From positions 928,001 through 992,000 of the forward strand of contig CAVYTU010000015.1 of assembly GCA_963771465.1 (NCBI GenBank): DNA of 64,000 bases, in the 5' to 3' direction. The position numbers and the translations under genes were made by a program. This document shows, one piece after another, positions 52,279 to 62,831 of the stretch (positions are counted from its first letter, which is position 1; every line of letters begins with the position of its first letter). Source of the DNA: an uncultured delta proteobacterium (lineage in GTDB: Bacteria > Desulfobacterota > Binatia > UBA9968). The notes beneath the pieces are model-generated. The model was not told the DNA's origin, ran no database searches, and saw nothing but the letters and a program-made list of their open reading frames with translations.

Positions 52279-52517
52279 ATTTGTCAGACCGATCCATGAA
52301 TCTCTATTTCTCTAGAAAGCGAAGGTTGGCTCCGTAAATGTAAGTTGATTTCTCCGTGCCGCAGTCCACTCACCCACCTAGCGATTGACGAAAGCCGGGA
52401 ACGCGGATCTATACGTAGACACACAACTTAAGAATCATGAGTCCCAACTTCATAATTTCACCGCAAGGAAAGCGCAGTCAAAAACCCAATAACTGCCGCC
52501 ACCCGCCGCAAAAAAAA

Positions 52518-52546
52518 TTGACACTTCGCCCTCCCAGCGATACAAG
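52518..52546 (+). promoter_or_regulatory. Putative sigma70 promoter
   Basis: TTGACA-N17-TACAAG with A-tract upstream. Confidence 0.55.
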
Positions 52547-52624
52547 AGTCATCTATCTTGTTCATTCTTAGTCCTTTGTTCGTCACTCTCTAGTTTGTTC
52601 GCTAGCGGCCACAGGGAGGTTTCT

Positions 52625-53701
52625 ATGCGTCAGATCAAATGCAATCGGGCTTTGGTCCTCATGATATTTTATCTCTTGCTTGCGCTAATTGCGGTGCGCG
52701 GGGTCGGCCCCGCTTTTGCCCAAGCTCCGTTTTATCAAGGCAAGACGATTACACTCATCGTCGGCGCTGGTCCCGGCGGGATGGGTGATTTGCGGGCTAG
52801 AGCGCTAGTCTCGGTCCTCGCCAAACATATCCCTGGAAATCCCACTATCACTTTTCAATATATGCCGGGCGGCGGCGGTCGAACGGCTGCCAATCGTCTC
52901 TATACTAACACTCGCGCCGACGGTCTCACGCTATTTCGTATTTCGAGCAGCATCATTCCCTATGCCGTCCTCGGCGAGTCGGGCGTTCAATACGATATCG
53001 ACAAACTCATTTACCTCGGCACCACCGAACACATCCTCTACTATCTTTTCAATACGCGCGCGGAAGCGGGTTTCAACAGTTTGGCTAAGCTCCGCGCCGC
53101 CACCGGTGTCCGCATCGGCAGCGCCCCTGTGGGCCATACCGGCTACATACACAGCCGCTTGACTGCTTACCTGCTCGATTTGAAAGAGCCGAAGATCATT
53201 CCGGGATACGAAAACGAGGACCTCGATGTCGCTTTCGCGCGCGGCGAAGTGGACGCGCAAGTCGCTTCGACGGGCACGGTCGTCGAACAGGATCTAGTGA
53301 ACAAAAAGCTGGCGGATTTCCACGCCGCCATCGAGATACCCAGAGGCAGGAAAGATTCCCGCTTCGCCCATCTCAACCTGCCGGATATTGAAACCTTCGC
53401 CAAGTCGGAAAAAGAGAAAAAGCTGCTGAACATGACGCGCGCGTTCAGATCCATCGGCACCGCTCTGCTTCTGCCTCCGGGAACCCCCAAGGATCGCGTC
53501 GAGATATTAAAGGAAGCCGTGCGTAAAACCCATACCGATCCCGCATTCATCAACGAGTACCGCAAACTCACCGGTGGAGATGAGCCCACGCCGCTGATGC
53601 CCGACGAGCAAGCGAAGGTGATCAAAGAAATCCCGCGCGACGCTGAAACGATAGAGCTATTCAAAAAATTCGCCGGGACCGGACCTCTGCCGTCACGATA
53701 G
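52625..53701 (+). CDS. TctC/Bug family substrate-binding protein
   Basis: PFYQGKTI, PGGMGD, YMPGGGG, PPGTPKDRV; GGAGG RBS. Confidence 0.9.
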   Translation: MRQIKCNRALVLMIFYLLLALIAVRGVGPAFAQAPFYQGKTITLIVGAGPGGMGDLRARALVSVLAKHIPGNPTITFQYMPGGGGRTAANRLYTNTRADGLTLFRISSSIIPYAVLGESGVQYDIDKLIYLGTTEHILYYLFNTRAEAGFNSLAKLRAATGVRIGSAPVGHTGYIHSRLTAYLLDLKEPKIIPGYENEDLDVAFARGEVDAQVASTGTVVEQDLVNKKLADFHAAIEIPRGRKDSRFAHLNLPDIETFAKSEKEKKLLNMTRAFRSIGTALLLPPGTPKDRVEILKEAVRKTHTDPAFINEYRKLTGGDEPTPLMPDEQAKVIKEIPRDAETIELFKKFAGTGPLPSR

Positions 53702-53764
53702 AAGCGACTTGAACGAAGTGTAGCGACTGAACCTTCGGTGAGCTTCCCCTAGGAGCGATCCGGG

Positions 53765-54829
53765 CTACCGCGCGGGGAGCGCGCCATGGTCAGACATTTT
53801 CTTGTAGAGGTCGAGGCTCTCCCGATCGCGCGGCAAATCCTTAAGAGCGCTGTCCATCTCTTCGCCAGTGAGTGGCGATGGATCGCTGCCCATGAGCTTT
53901 TTAAATTCCTTCGAAAACTCAGGGTGATTGAAGGCCTTCGCGGTGGCTACCCGCAAGGTCTTGACGATTTCCGGGGGAGTGGCGGGCGGTAAAACATATG
54001 GCCAACGCAAGTAGAGAAACGAACGAAAGACCTGGATCAATTGTCGCTCTTTTTCATTGCGCGCGAAGCTGTCCAATTCCGGAACTTTGGTAAAACTCGG
54101 ATGGAACTTCCCTCTGGGTATCGTGATGGTTGCATGGATATGGAATGCGCCTTTTTCCAGCGCTTCATTATTCCGGCGCACGACCGTATCGGCGCTGTTT
54201 GTCCGCCCGTCGATTTCGCCGCGCGCCAGCGCGATGTCGAGTTCCGGGCCGCCGAAGCCCACGACGAACCTCGGATCTTTGAGCCCCAGCAGAAAGGCGA
54301 AGATGCGGCCACTGGTGTAAACCGAGTGGCCCACCGTCTGCGCGCCGATTCTGACTCCCGATGCCGCGCGCAGTTTCTCCAAGCTGTCGAGTCCAGCCTC
54401 ACGCCGGGTAAGAAAAACATAAGGATCGCCGCTCTCCGTAGAGCCGAGAAAAATGAGTTTGTCGAGATCGTACCTTGCCCCTACCGTGCCAAGGAGTGGG
54501 CCGGTGATGATCGGCGTCCCCGCCGAGGCGATCGCGAGTCCGTCGGGTTTGGCGGATGAATAAATGTGGTTCACCGCTTTCATGCCCGCGGCGCCAGGCA
54601 TGTTTTCGATGACGATATTCGGTTCTCCAGGAATATTTTTCCGCAAAAAAGGAATCAGCGCCCTGGCCTGCATATCGCCAGAGCCACCAGGCTCCCCACC
54701 CCTGATGATGGTAATGGTTTTCCCCTGGTAGTACGGCGCCTGAGAATAAGAAGAGCCGGGGAAAACCCATGCGCTACCGAGTCCTAAAGCCAATATCGCT
54801 ACCCTTAGCGACGTGATTTCAAATCGCAC
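53765..54829 (-). CDS. TctC/Bug family substrate-binding protein
   Basis: PYYQGKTI, PGGSGD, NMPGAAG, PDGL; GGAGG RBS before GTG 54829. Confidence 0.9.
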   Translation of the reverse strand: MRFEITSLRVAILALGLGSAWVFPGSSYSQAPYYQGKTITIIRGGEPGGSGDMQARALIPFLRKNIPGEPNIVIENMPGAAGMKAVNHIYSSAKPDGLAIASAGTPIITGPLLGTVGARYDLDKLIFLGSTESGDPYVFLTRREAGLDSLEKLRAASGVRIGAQTVGHSVYTSGRIFAFLLGLKDPRFVVGFGGPELDIALARGEIDGRTNSADTVVRRNNEALEKGAFHIHATITIPRGKFHPSFTKVPELDSFARNEKERQLIQVFRSFLYLRWPYVLPPATPPEIVKTLRVATAKAFNHPEFSKEFKKLMGSDPSPLTGEEMDSALKDLPRDRESLDLYKKMSDHGALPAR

Positions 54830-55066
54830 GATTTCACCTCCGCCTTCTGCCGATTTTCGGGCCACTCTTATCATCGCGCCCCATGAAAGGGAATGGATCC
54901 AAAATTTCTGAATGGATAGTGACTGTAGTGAATTTTATGTCTGATTCTAGTTGTCCTAGTCCTCCCTCAAGTACTATTGATAAGGCGCGTTATCAAAACT
55001 TCTTATTGGACAGGTCGTGTTCGATTTGCTTATATTGCTCTGGGTTAGGAAAGGTGAAGGTGACTC

Positions 55067-56461
55067 ATGGGCGCCACTGAGAAAATTGCTCGGTTCATAT
55101 TCGACACCAACTACGAGAACATATCGCGCGACGTCGTGGAGAAAGCTAAGCGCACGGCGCTAGACTGCATGGGCGCTGCCCTCGCCGGCATAGTCGAGCC
55201 GGTCAGCCAAACGATCACCGCTTACGTAACGAAACTCGGCGGCCAGCCTCAGACATCCGTATTTGGTGCTGGTCTTAAGGTTTCGGTGCAAGAAGCTGCC
55301 CTGGCCAACGGCGTCATTGCCCACGCTCTGGATTACGACGACTGCGGTGTGAAGATCGGCCACCCCAGCGTCTTGGTTTTGCCAGGCGTGCTAAGCCTCG
55401 GCGAGCATCTGGGAGCCTCGGGGCGGGATATACTGACGGCCTACATCGTCGGACTTGAGGTCGAAGGCAAGCTCGCGCTCCACGCCGACTTCAAGCTCAT
55501 GCAGGCCCGCCTGAATCATCAGACATGGTACGGTTCCATCGGCGCGGCTGCCGCCTGCGCCAAGCTCCTCAAGTTGGATGTCGCCAAGACGAGAATGGCT
55601 TTGGGCATCGCCGCCAACTTTGCTTGCGGCCTGTCGGCCAATCATGGCAGCATGGCCGGGGCGATGGCGGCGGGCAACGCCTGCCGCAACGGCGTAGTTG
55701 CCGCGCTCATGGCCCAAGAGGGAATCACGGCCAACTCCAACATCATCGAAGCGAAGAACGGCTTCTACGACACGCTGGTGGGAGCAGGCCACTACGACGC
55801 CGAGCGCATGGCGGAGAGTCTGGGCAATCCCTTCTACCTCGAATCTCCGGGCATCGGGCTGAAGAAATATCCAAGCTGCTATCACACTCACCGGGCTCTC
55901 GACGGAGTGTTCCAATTGTTAGGCGAGCACCGCCTCAGCGACAAGGACATCGCGGAAGTCGACGTGGGCACCTCGGAGCGCGCCATGCGCGTGCTTTCCT
56001 TTTCCGAGCCGGAAACGCCCTACCAGGCCAAGTACAGCATGCCTTACTGCATCGCCGCCGCAGTGGTGGACCACAAGGTGACGCTCGAAACTTTTACAGA
56101 CCATAAGTTCGAGGATCGCAACATCGTCGAGACAAGAAAGAAGATTCACCTTTCCTTCCCCGATGTGCCCATCTGGCCCGGCCTCGCGGACGTCGGCCCA
56201 GACACCGAGTTCGTCGGCAATCCAGTAACGATCCGGACGACCGACGGCCGAAGCTACGGCGCACGCGTAGACATCCCGCGCGGCGACCCAGCTCTGCCGC
56301 TGACCGACGACGAGTTACTAACTAAGTACCGCGACTGTGCGTGCAGTCAATTGCGCCCGGACGACATAGAGCACAGCGTAGGCTTGGTTCTCGGGCTAGA
56401 TAGTGTGGCAGACATCGGAACGCTGATGGCCACTCTTGGGTCGGCCTTGCACAAGGCTTAA
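55067..56461 (+). CDS. MmgE/PrpD family protein
   Basis: HALDYDD, GHPS, KKYPSC, AKYSMPY, PRGDP. Confidence 0.93.
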   Translation: MGATEKIARFIFDTNYENISRDVVEKAKRTALDCMGAALAGIVEPVSQTITAYVTKLGGQPQTSVFGAGLKVSVQEAALANGVIAHALDYDDCGVKIGHPSVLVLPGVLSLGEHLGASGRDILTAYIVGLEVEGKLALHADFKLMQARLNHQTWYGSIGAAAACAKLLKLDVAKTRMALGIAANFACGLSANHGSMAGAMAAGNACRNGVVAALMAQEGITANSNIIEAKNGFYDTLVGAGHYDAERMAESLGNPFYLESPGIGLKKYPSCYHTHRALDGVFQLLGEHRLSDKDIAEVDVGTSERAMRVLSFSEPETPYQAKYSMPYCIAAAVVDHKVTLETFTDHKFEDRNIVETRKKIHLSFPDVPIWPGLADVGPDTEFVGNPVTIRTTDGRSYGARVDIPRGDPALPLTDDELLTKYRDCACSQLRPDDIEHSVGLVLGLDSVADIGTLMATLGSALHKA

Positions 56462-56618
56462 TATTTGAGGCGCTAGTTAACTCTAGAATCACAAATAAAG
56501 TTTTGAGCCCGTTCCGATGCGGCTGTAGCAATTGTGGTCGAGTCGACCAAGAATAATTCAATACTCAAACGCGACGACCGAAAAATCGATGCGGCGAGTT
56601 AATTCACGCTTATCCGCG

Positions 56619-57023
56619 TCACCATTCCTTTCGTTTCTGGGCGACGTTTTTCCAGATTTGGGCAAACTCGGGATGGTCTCGTAAATAACCGGCGTAGCGT
56701 TGTCCGAATCCAGACATCATCTCCGCTCTTCTCGGCGGCTCCGCAGGATACAAGCGGATAACGAACCGACCCCGCTCATCCGACAGGGCGAAGCAGGGTA
56801 ATACTAGCGCCTCTAAATATTCGATGGTCTCAATCAGCCGCCCATCGAGAAAAAACTTTCCGTAGAAAAATGGGATCTCGAACTGCGGCTCGCCTTGAGA
56901 AAATCCGCGTATGGATAGATGGACGACCTCATTGCGCCCAAGCGCGCGCTGGATCTTTGCGAGTGCCTGCAAACGTTGGCGGCGATCGTCGCCGTAGTTG
57001 ATATGCCCCCAACGGGCATAGGC
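56619..57023 (-). pseudogene. C-terminal fragment resembling a lipid A/lysophospholipid acyltransferase (LpxL/HtrB-like)
   Basis: ALGRNEVVHL, IPFFYG, VLPCFA, YLRDHPE..IW; N-terminus replaced by the NRPS fragment. Confidence 0.55.
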
Positions 57024-58143
57024 GAATGCGGGCCATGATTCGCATGGCCTGCAAAGATTCGCCGCCAAGGTCATAGAAATGGTCATGGACATCGACAGCC
57101 TCGTGCTCGAGAATTTCCGACCATATGCCAGCAATGGTTTTTTCCATCGGTGTTCGAGGTAACGTAGCGGGACGGCTGTTATCACGGTACGGACGACCCG
57201 GTGCGGGCAGCGCCTGGCGGTCTATCTTTCCGGAAGTTGTCCTCGGCAAAGCTCCTAGAACCACGAACGTCGATGGGATCATGAAATCTGGCAGAGTTTC
57301 TGCCAGCGCCTGGCGCAAGGTCATGTTTGTCGGGCCAGGAAAATTGGCTGGGACAATATAAGCTATTAAATAGTCATACCCGGCATGGTTCTGGTGCGTC
57401 ATCACCACAGCTTCCTTCACGCTATCCAAGCTTCCCAGCGCCATCTCGATCTCGATCAGATCGACGCCATGACCGCGGATTTTAACTCGGGCGTTTTTTC
57501 GTCCTAGGCACACGAGACTGCCATCCGGATTCATCCGGCCGAGATCGCCGGTGTAATATGAACGCGGTCCTCCCGGAGCATCTGCGGGGCGAAAGACGGC
57601 ATTTGTCAGCTCCGGCCGACGCCAGTATCCCGAGGCGAGATAACGGCTCATGACGACAATCTCTCCAACCTGGCCGGCTTCGACCTCCTTCCCATCGTCA
57701 TCAAGAAGCAAGATTGTCTTGTCCTCCACGGGATAACCCACCGGTACAATTGGCCCTGTAGTAACCGTGTCGTGATTCATGCAGTAGAACCTGATCGTTT
57801 GCGTTTCACCGGAAGCCAAGCCGTTCACGAGCAGACAGTGCGGAGGAAAATGTCGTTTGTATAGTTCGACATCCCGCTCTTGTATGGTTTCACTGCCGAG
57901 GCGTATCAAACGAAGATTGGGAAACGTATCCGCGTCACCGAGAACATCGACAAACGAGCGGAAAAGCGACGCGCCCATGACGGTTATCGTGATCTCTTCG
58001 CAGCGCATCAACGCGACCAATTCATCCAGCCCTTTTTGCCTTACTTCGTACGGAAAAAGTGATGCGCCGTTGAGTATCGCCATGAACATGTTTTTCATCG
58101 CTTGAGAGGTACCCAAGGCAAGAAACGTTACGCGATCCTCAGC
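57022..58143 (-). pseudogene. Inverted fragment of an NRPS-like gene: C-terminal adenylation domain plus first half of the carrier (PCP) domain
   Basis: AEDRVTFL, GYWRRPELT, YTGDLG, GRKNARVKIRG, LPRTTSGKIDR, FYDLGGESL; ends at MARIR. Confidence 0.85.
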
Positions 58144-59169
58144 AAGCCCTTCAACGTGGACGTGGACCTTCAGTGCTTGGTAGATGCTCCCACGGTGGCG
58201 GAAATGTCAGTCTATATCACCAAGTGTTTAGTGGCAGGAATGGAACCTCATGAACGCGATCTCTTACTGAAGAACCAAAAGGAGGAAAAAAGCGATCGAA
58301 GTACGGAGTGGTCCTACCTAGTGCCGATACAACCCGGCAGTCATAGACCGATATTCGTATGTCCCGGTGGTGTTGGAGGCGGAGGGGGAGAATTTTTTGT
58401 GTACGCTCGGTTAGCGCATCACGTCGGACCGGAGTATCCCTTTTATGGCTTGAGGCCACGCAGCGCCGACGGGAAAGAGGCATCGCACGCAACCATTGAA
58501 GAGATGGCTCGCGACTATCTTGCGGAGATTCGATCGCTTCAGGCTGAAGGACCTTACACGGTGCTCGGAGAATGTGGCGGCGGACTCATCGCTTATGAAA
58601 TCGCGCAGCAGCTACGCAGCTAAGGGCAAAAGCTTGCTGCGTTAATTCTAATGGATACGCCGCGACCCGATGCGTCGATGGATTTTGGTAAGCGCATGCG
58701 TTTCTTTCGTGGACACATTGGTTTCTTTCTTGATCGCTTCCGCGGCAATTACTATGTCGAAAGACTGGGCATTCACCGCGAGCGATTACGGGCGCTCAAC
58801 GGGAAGGGGAAAGTAAGTTATTTCCTGAAGAAAGGAAGCACGGTCTTTGCCGAACTACCACAGATTCAACAGAGCCTGATGAACGAAGCCCGGAGTCGGG
58901 ACGTTGAATATGTTCAAAGAAGCTATACCCGGACCATCTATAGTTACCGCCCGAAACCGTACTTCGGCAAGGTGACTTTGTTGATCAACGAAGAAACGTA
59001 CCAGAGCAGCCCGAATCTGGGTTGGGAGGGTCTGTTGAAAGGAGAGATTGAAGTCCATAAGCTCCCTGGTGATCACACCTCCTATATCCGAGACCATGTC
59101 CGGATCGCTGCCCAAAAAATACGAGAGTGCCTCGAAAAAGCCGAATCTCAGGTCGGCAGTCAAACTTAA
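58142..59169 (+). pseudogene. Second half of the PCP plus thioesterase domain, with in-frame TAA at 58621
   Basis: KPFNVDVDL..APTVAEM, LVPIQPG, GPYTVLGECGGGLIAYEIAQQL*GQKLAALILMDTP, YRPKPY, LGW, PGDH. Confidence 0.85.
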
Positions 59170-59206
59170 ACGTCATACTGGCGGCAAAGGCACGCACGGC
59201 GCCCGG

Positions 59207-59656
59207 CTAGCCTCTTCTTTGGAATGCGCGAATCGTATCCTGAATCTCAGTGGCTTCGGACTTCCACAACCCGTTCACAAAAATCGGCTGACTCCCGCCG
59301 GAGGTTTCGATGCATACATCGGATAGGAAAATGCCATTGTTAATCCGAACTGAAGCTACAGCGCGATAGTTGATGCGTTCCTCGCTGGAGCCGATCAACG
59401 CGCCCTTTCGGAATACCATGCCATCGCTCGCCAAGGTCAAAATGTCCCGAAAAAAGAAATTGCCGGACGACCAACGGCTCGATCGATAGCTCTTCTCGGC
59501 GAATTGAACTGATGCTTCGGAGGTCGTTGATGGCGTGGGCGGTTCGTCGCGGCTCTCGGCAATAAGACGCCGCTTCGCATCCGCGAACTCTTGATCGTTA
59601 AGATGTCCTTCTTGGTGCAGCTCGGCGAGCTTACGAAGTTCGTCGGTGAGATTCAT
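59207..59656 (-). CDS. SHOCT domain plus bacterial PH domain protein
   Basis: DELRKLAELHQEGHLNDQEFADAKRRLI (SHOCT); beta-rich C-terminus with GIFLSDVCIETSGG and terminal helix. Confidence 0.85.
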   Translation of the reverse strand: MNLTDELRKLAELHQEGHLNDQEFADAKRRLIAESRDEPPTPSTTSEASVQFAEKSYRSSRWSSGNFFFRDILTLASDGMVFRKGALIGSSEERINYRAVASVRINNGIFLSDVCIETSGGSQPIFVNGLWKSEATEIQDTIRAFQRRG

Positions 59657-59683
59657 ACTCGTTTGAAATACTCTCAGTGTAAG

Positions 59684-61013
59684 CTACTGACGCACTGTGT
59701 ATGATTTTATCAATGCCTCTGAGATATCGGCCACCCAAAAAGCAAATTGATTCGAATTCAATCGATGGTTAGTTGTTCTCCACACCTCTCTGCCATTGAT
59801 CACAAAAACCAGGGCGCTTCCGCTCTTGGTCATTTGCAGGGTGTCGAAACCGTTTTCGCCATTGATGCTTATATCTCCTTCTGAAAACCGTGACCACGGC
59901 GCGTAGGTTCGGCTTCTTCCGGGGCCGATCGAATAATATCCTGCTCCATTCGTAGAGTGGAGAGTAAACAGGAGAAAATCATCGGGACTGTAATTCCAAG
60001 CGATGCCGTAGCGGGTCGAACCGCCATTTTTGGTCGATCTAATTTGAAAATCGATGGAAAAATCCTTGCTGAGATCCAAATTGTCCACTCTAAATGGACT
60101 GGGCATGTAACTACCCGCGATTACTTATCTTCAATTGGAAATCGGATGAATTAAAATTGTGCGTATTCTCCTGCCCGCCGCGCTTATCGACAAGACCCGA
60201 GTTCGCGGGTTTTCTCTCGATCGGCGATGAGTCGGGTAGATTCTTCGGGGTCGACGGCGGCGCCGCGGCCACCTTCGGAGCGTCGGCTGAAAGCTTGCCT
60301 TTACCAGCCGCAGCGTTTGCTCTAGCATTTTCCGCGTCAGGACTGAGTTTGTTCGCTTCACTGTTGGCAGCGGCAAAGCGAGCTTCGATTTCGGCCTTCA
60401 ATTTTTCTTGAGAAATTTTTTCGTAATACAAAAATCCACCGACCGCGACGGCGATCGCGACCGCACCCGCTCCGGCAATTGCGAGCCAAGGCTTCTTCGC
60501 GGGTTGTGGCGTCGGCGCGGCTGAATCGGCCTTGGCGCCTGACGGCGTGTCATTTCGTGTGACCAGACCTAACCGCTTGAACAACTCCTGGACATCGGAA
60601 TCCCAACGGTTGTGGCTGAGCTCGAAGCCATTGCGGTACGGCAGGTCGCTAAGGTCTTCGGGTAATTGTTCGGCGGTGGGCATTTGCGCGCCGTGCAGCA
60701 GCAGCGGTGTGACCGGAATATTGCGCTTGAGCGCCGCGGCGATCTCTATGCGCACGAAATCGCCGGGATTGTCGAGTCGGCGCCGACCTGCCTTGTCCTT
60801 GCCATCAACCCAGTCCCGTCCAATCAGCGCCAACATCACATCACAAGTCGCCAGCCGTTCCTGAAGGACCGCGCGGAAGTCCCGTCCTAAGCCAATGCTG
60901 TCCACGTCCATAAACACCGAGTCCCGGCCCAGCCTGGCCACCAGATCCTGGAACAACGCTCTGGCTTGACCCTCGGTATCTTCCCTTCGGTAACTGATAA
61001 AAACTGAACCCAC
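59684..61013 (-). CDS. TIR domain - transmembrane helix - ConA/LamG-like beta-sandwich protein, split by a one-base insertion (GGG at 60114-60116)
   Basis: VFISYRRED, VFMDV, DFVRIEIAAAL (TIR); TM WLAIAGAGAVAIAVAVGGFLYY; removing one G reads NRGSYMPSPFR into ORF 59684..60106. Confidence 0.8.
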
Positions 61014-61076
61014 AAATGTCTCCTAACTTGTCAACTCATGGTGAACGATAAAGCAACCGCGGTAATATTTCTAGTT

Positions 61077-61096
61077 AAAAAAAGCGGACACCGCCC
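61077..61096 (-). terminator. Probable rho-independent terminator after the GST gene
   Basis: GGGCGG-TGT-CCGCTT followed by a T tract on the minus strand. Confidence 0.55.
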
Positions 61097-61133
61097 TCGT
61101 CAGAGAGCGAAACCGGTTTTCGCGGCGCTCACG

Positions 61134-61851
61134 TCACGGCCGGTCATCCAACTCTGGATAGTGGCGAAAGATCCCTTCCTGATTAAACGGCAAGCGCCGC
61201 TCGGACGCGAGATAGTGCGGCGAGCCGCGGGCGCGCTGCGACTCGGTCATGCAGCGCGATCACGCGTCGATGTTTGCGTTCCTGCTTGGTCATCGCGCGT
61301 GGAAAGGCGTAGCGCAACCCTTCGATCATCTGGAACAGCGAGAGATCGACATAGGACACCGCGTTGCCGACGAGCACGCGGCTGCCGTTCCGTTCCAAGA
61401 CCTGCTCAAAGTAACTCAGGAACTTCGGCAGACGCTCGGCCCTGAAATTCGCCGCGCGCCGCTTGGCTTCGCGCTTTTGCTCTTCGTAATACAAGCTGCC
61501 CGCAACCGGATGATGGCTGTCGTGAACCTCGCCGACCCAATCGGCGATGGTGAGCTGCAATTGATGCGCCCAAAGACGGCCGGCGTCTTGTTTCGGCGCG
61601 AGGCCAAGGCGCGGGCCGAGGAAGAATAAAATGTTCGCGGTCTGGGCGATGACCAGCTTGCCGGCTCTTAAAAACGGCGGCGCGAACGGCGGTAGTTTGA
61701 CTGATCGGCTTTCTATAAAGCGTGACATCGCCGCCATGCCGCGCGGTCGCCGCGCGACATCGACGTAATCCCCGCCGGCGTCTTCCAAGGCGAGCCGAAC
61801 AAATTCTCCCCGTCCCTGTATGCCAGGCCAATAATACAACTCGTAGCGCAT
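61134..61851 (-). pseudogene. Glutathione S-transferase with a one-base insertion near 61215
   Basis: YYWPGIQGRGEFVRL, FAPPFL, SYVDL; corrected frame gives YLASERRLPFNQEGIFRHYPELD, stop at 61134. Confidence 0.88.
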
Positions 61852-62030
61852 GATTTTCCTCCGCGAGACTCCAGTCTAGATCAATGAGAAGACAAACCTA
61901 TCAAGTAGCTAAGCTTTATTCGTTTACCAAGGGATTGGCGCGGAGCCATTCCACAAGGATGTTCTGGAAATCGAGGAACGTCAGTTCGGCGACTGAAAGT
62001 TTCAGCGACATTTCGGCGGTGCCGGCAAAC

Positions 62031-62681
62031 TTAGCGCGAGGATGGCGCTTTGAAGAGACGGCGCAGCACGAAATGGGTTGGCAAGTAAATCGCCACGGCC
62101 ACGGCCATGAGGAACAGTAACCACAGCCGTGGCGACATCATCGTCTGCGGATGCTTGTCATCGAGTCCGTAGACGTAATTGATGTTGACCGCCCAGTTGG
62201 GGTGATCGGCGGAAGGTGGCGGCGCCGGCGCGAAAAGGTAGGAAATGAGCAAGACCACGATGGCGACTACGGACTGTGCGCCAAGCGCTCGCCGGTCATA
62301 GCCCAACCGCGACACCAACCACAATAGAAAGAAGGGCAACCAGCCGTGAAATAGCGAGAGTGCCCGGAGAAAAACCGGGATGCTCGAATCGAGCATATAA
62401 GCTGTGACGCCGGTGATGTGCACGCCGGCAATGAGCCGACAGAGAAAATCGGCCACCCAGATCATCTGAAGGACCGTAATGGCGAGCGCCTGCATACTGA
62501 CCAGCAGCGGGCTTTCGATCCAGATCGCCACGGCGGTAACGAGCAACGCGATGTCGCAAAAATAGAGAAAGTTCCACGGGCTATAAGTTACCCAGTAGAA
62601 CGGCACAACGAGCGCCACGAAAGCGGAGTACGCCACCTTCACCCAGATCGGAATGACTGGGTGGTTGGTTACCATTGTCAT
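62031..62681 (-). CDS. Conserved multi-pass membrane protein
   Basis: NFLYFCD, LSLFHGWLP, NINYVYG; about 6 TM segments; start uncertain. Confidence 0.8.
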   Translation of the reverse strand: MTMVTNHPVIPIWVKVAYSAFVALVVPFYWVTYSPWNFLYFCDIALLVTAVAIWIESPLLVSMQALAITVLQMIWVADFLCRLIAGVHITGVTAYMLDSSIPVFLRALSLFHGWLPFFLLWLVSRLGYDRRALGAQSVVAIVVLLISYLFAPAPPPSADHPNWAVNINYVYGLDDKHPQTMMSPRLWLLFLMAVAVAIYLPTHFVLRRLFKAPSSR

Positions 62682-62831
62682 GATGGACGATTGCGGATCG
62701 GCTGTGGAAGGCAAAAAACGCTTGCCGTGAAGGTGACGATATGGTTTTAGTCCGCTAAATCGCTGCCAATTAAAATTGTTTTCGCCCGTTGCGGCTTCGA
62801 TCGACTAAGTTCCGCCGGCCCCAATGTTCGC

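Noticed and set aside
52312-52360. Minus-strand STYIYGANLRF resembling an outer-membrane barrel C-terminus
   Set aside because: Too short, no upstream ORF; could be chance
57022-58143. Programmed invertible switch (phase variation) in the NRPS-like gene
   Set aside because: Only 2-bp GC microhomology at the ends, no recombinase nearby, and neither orientation gives a complete gene
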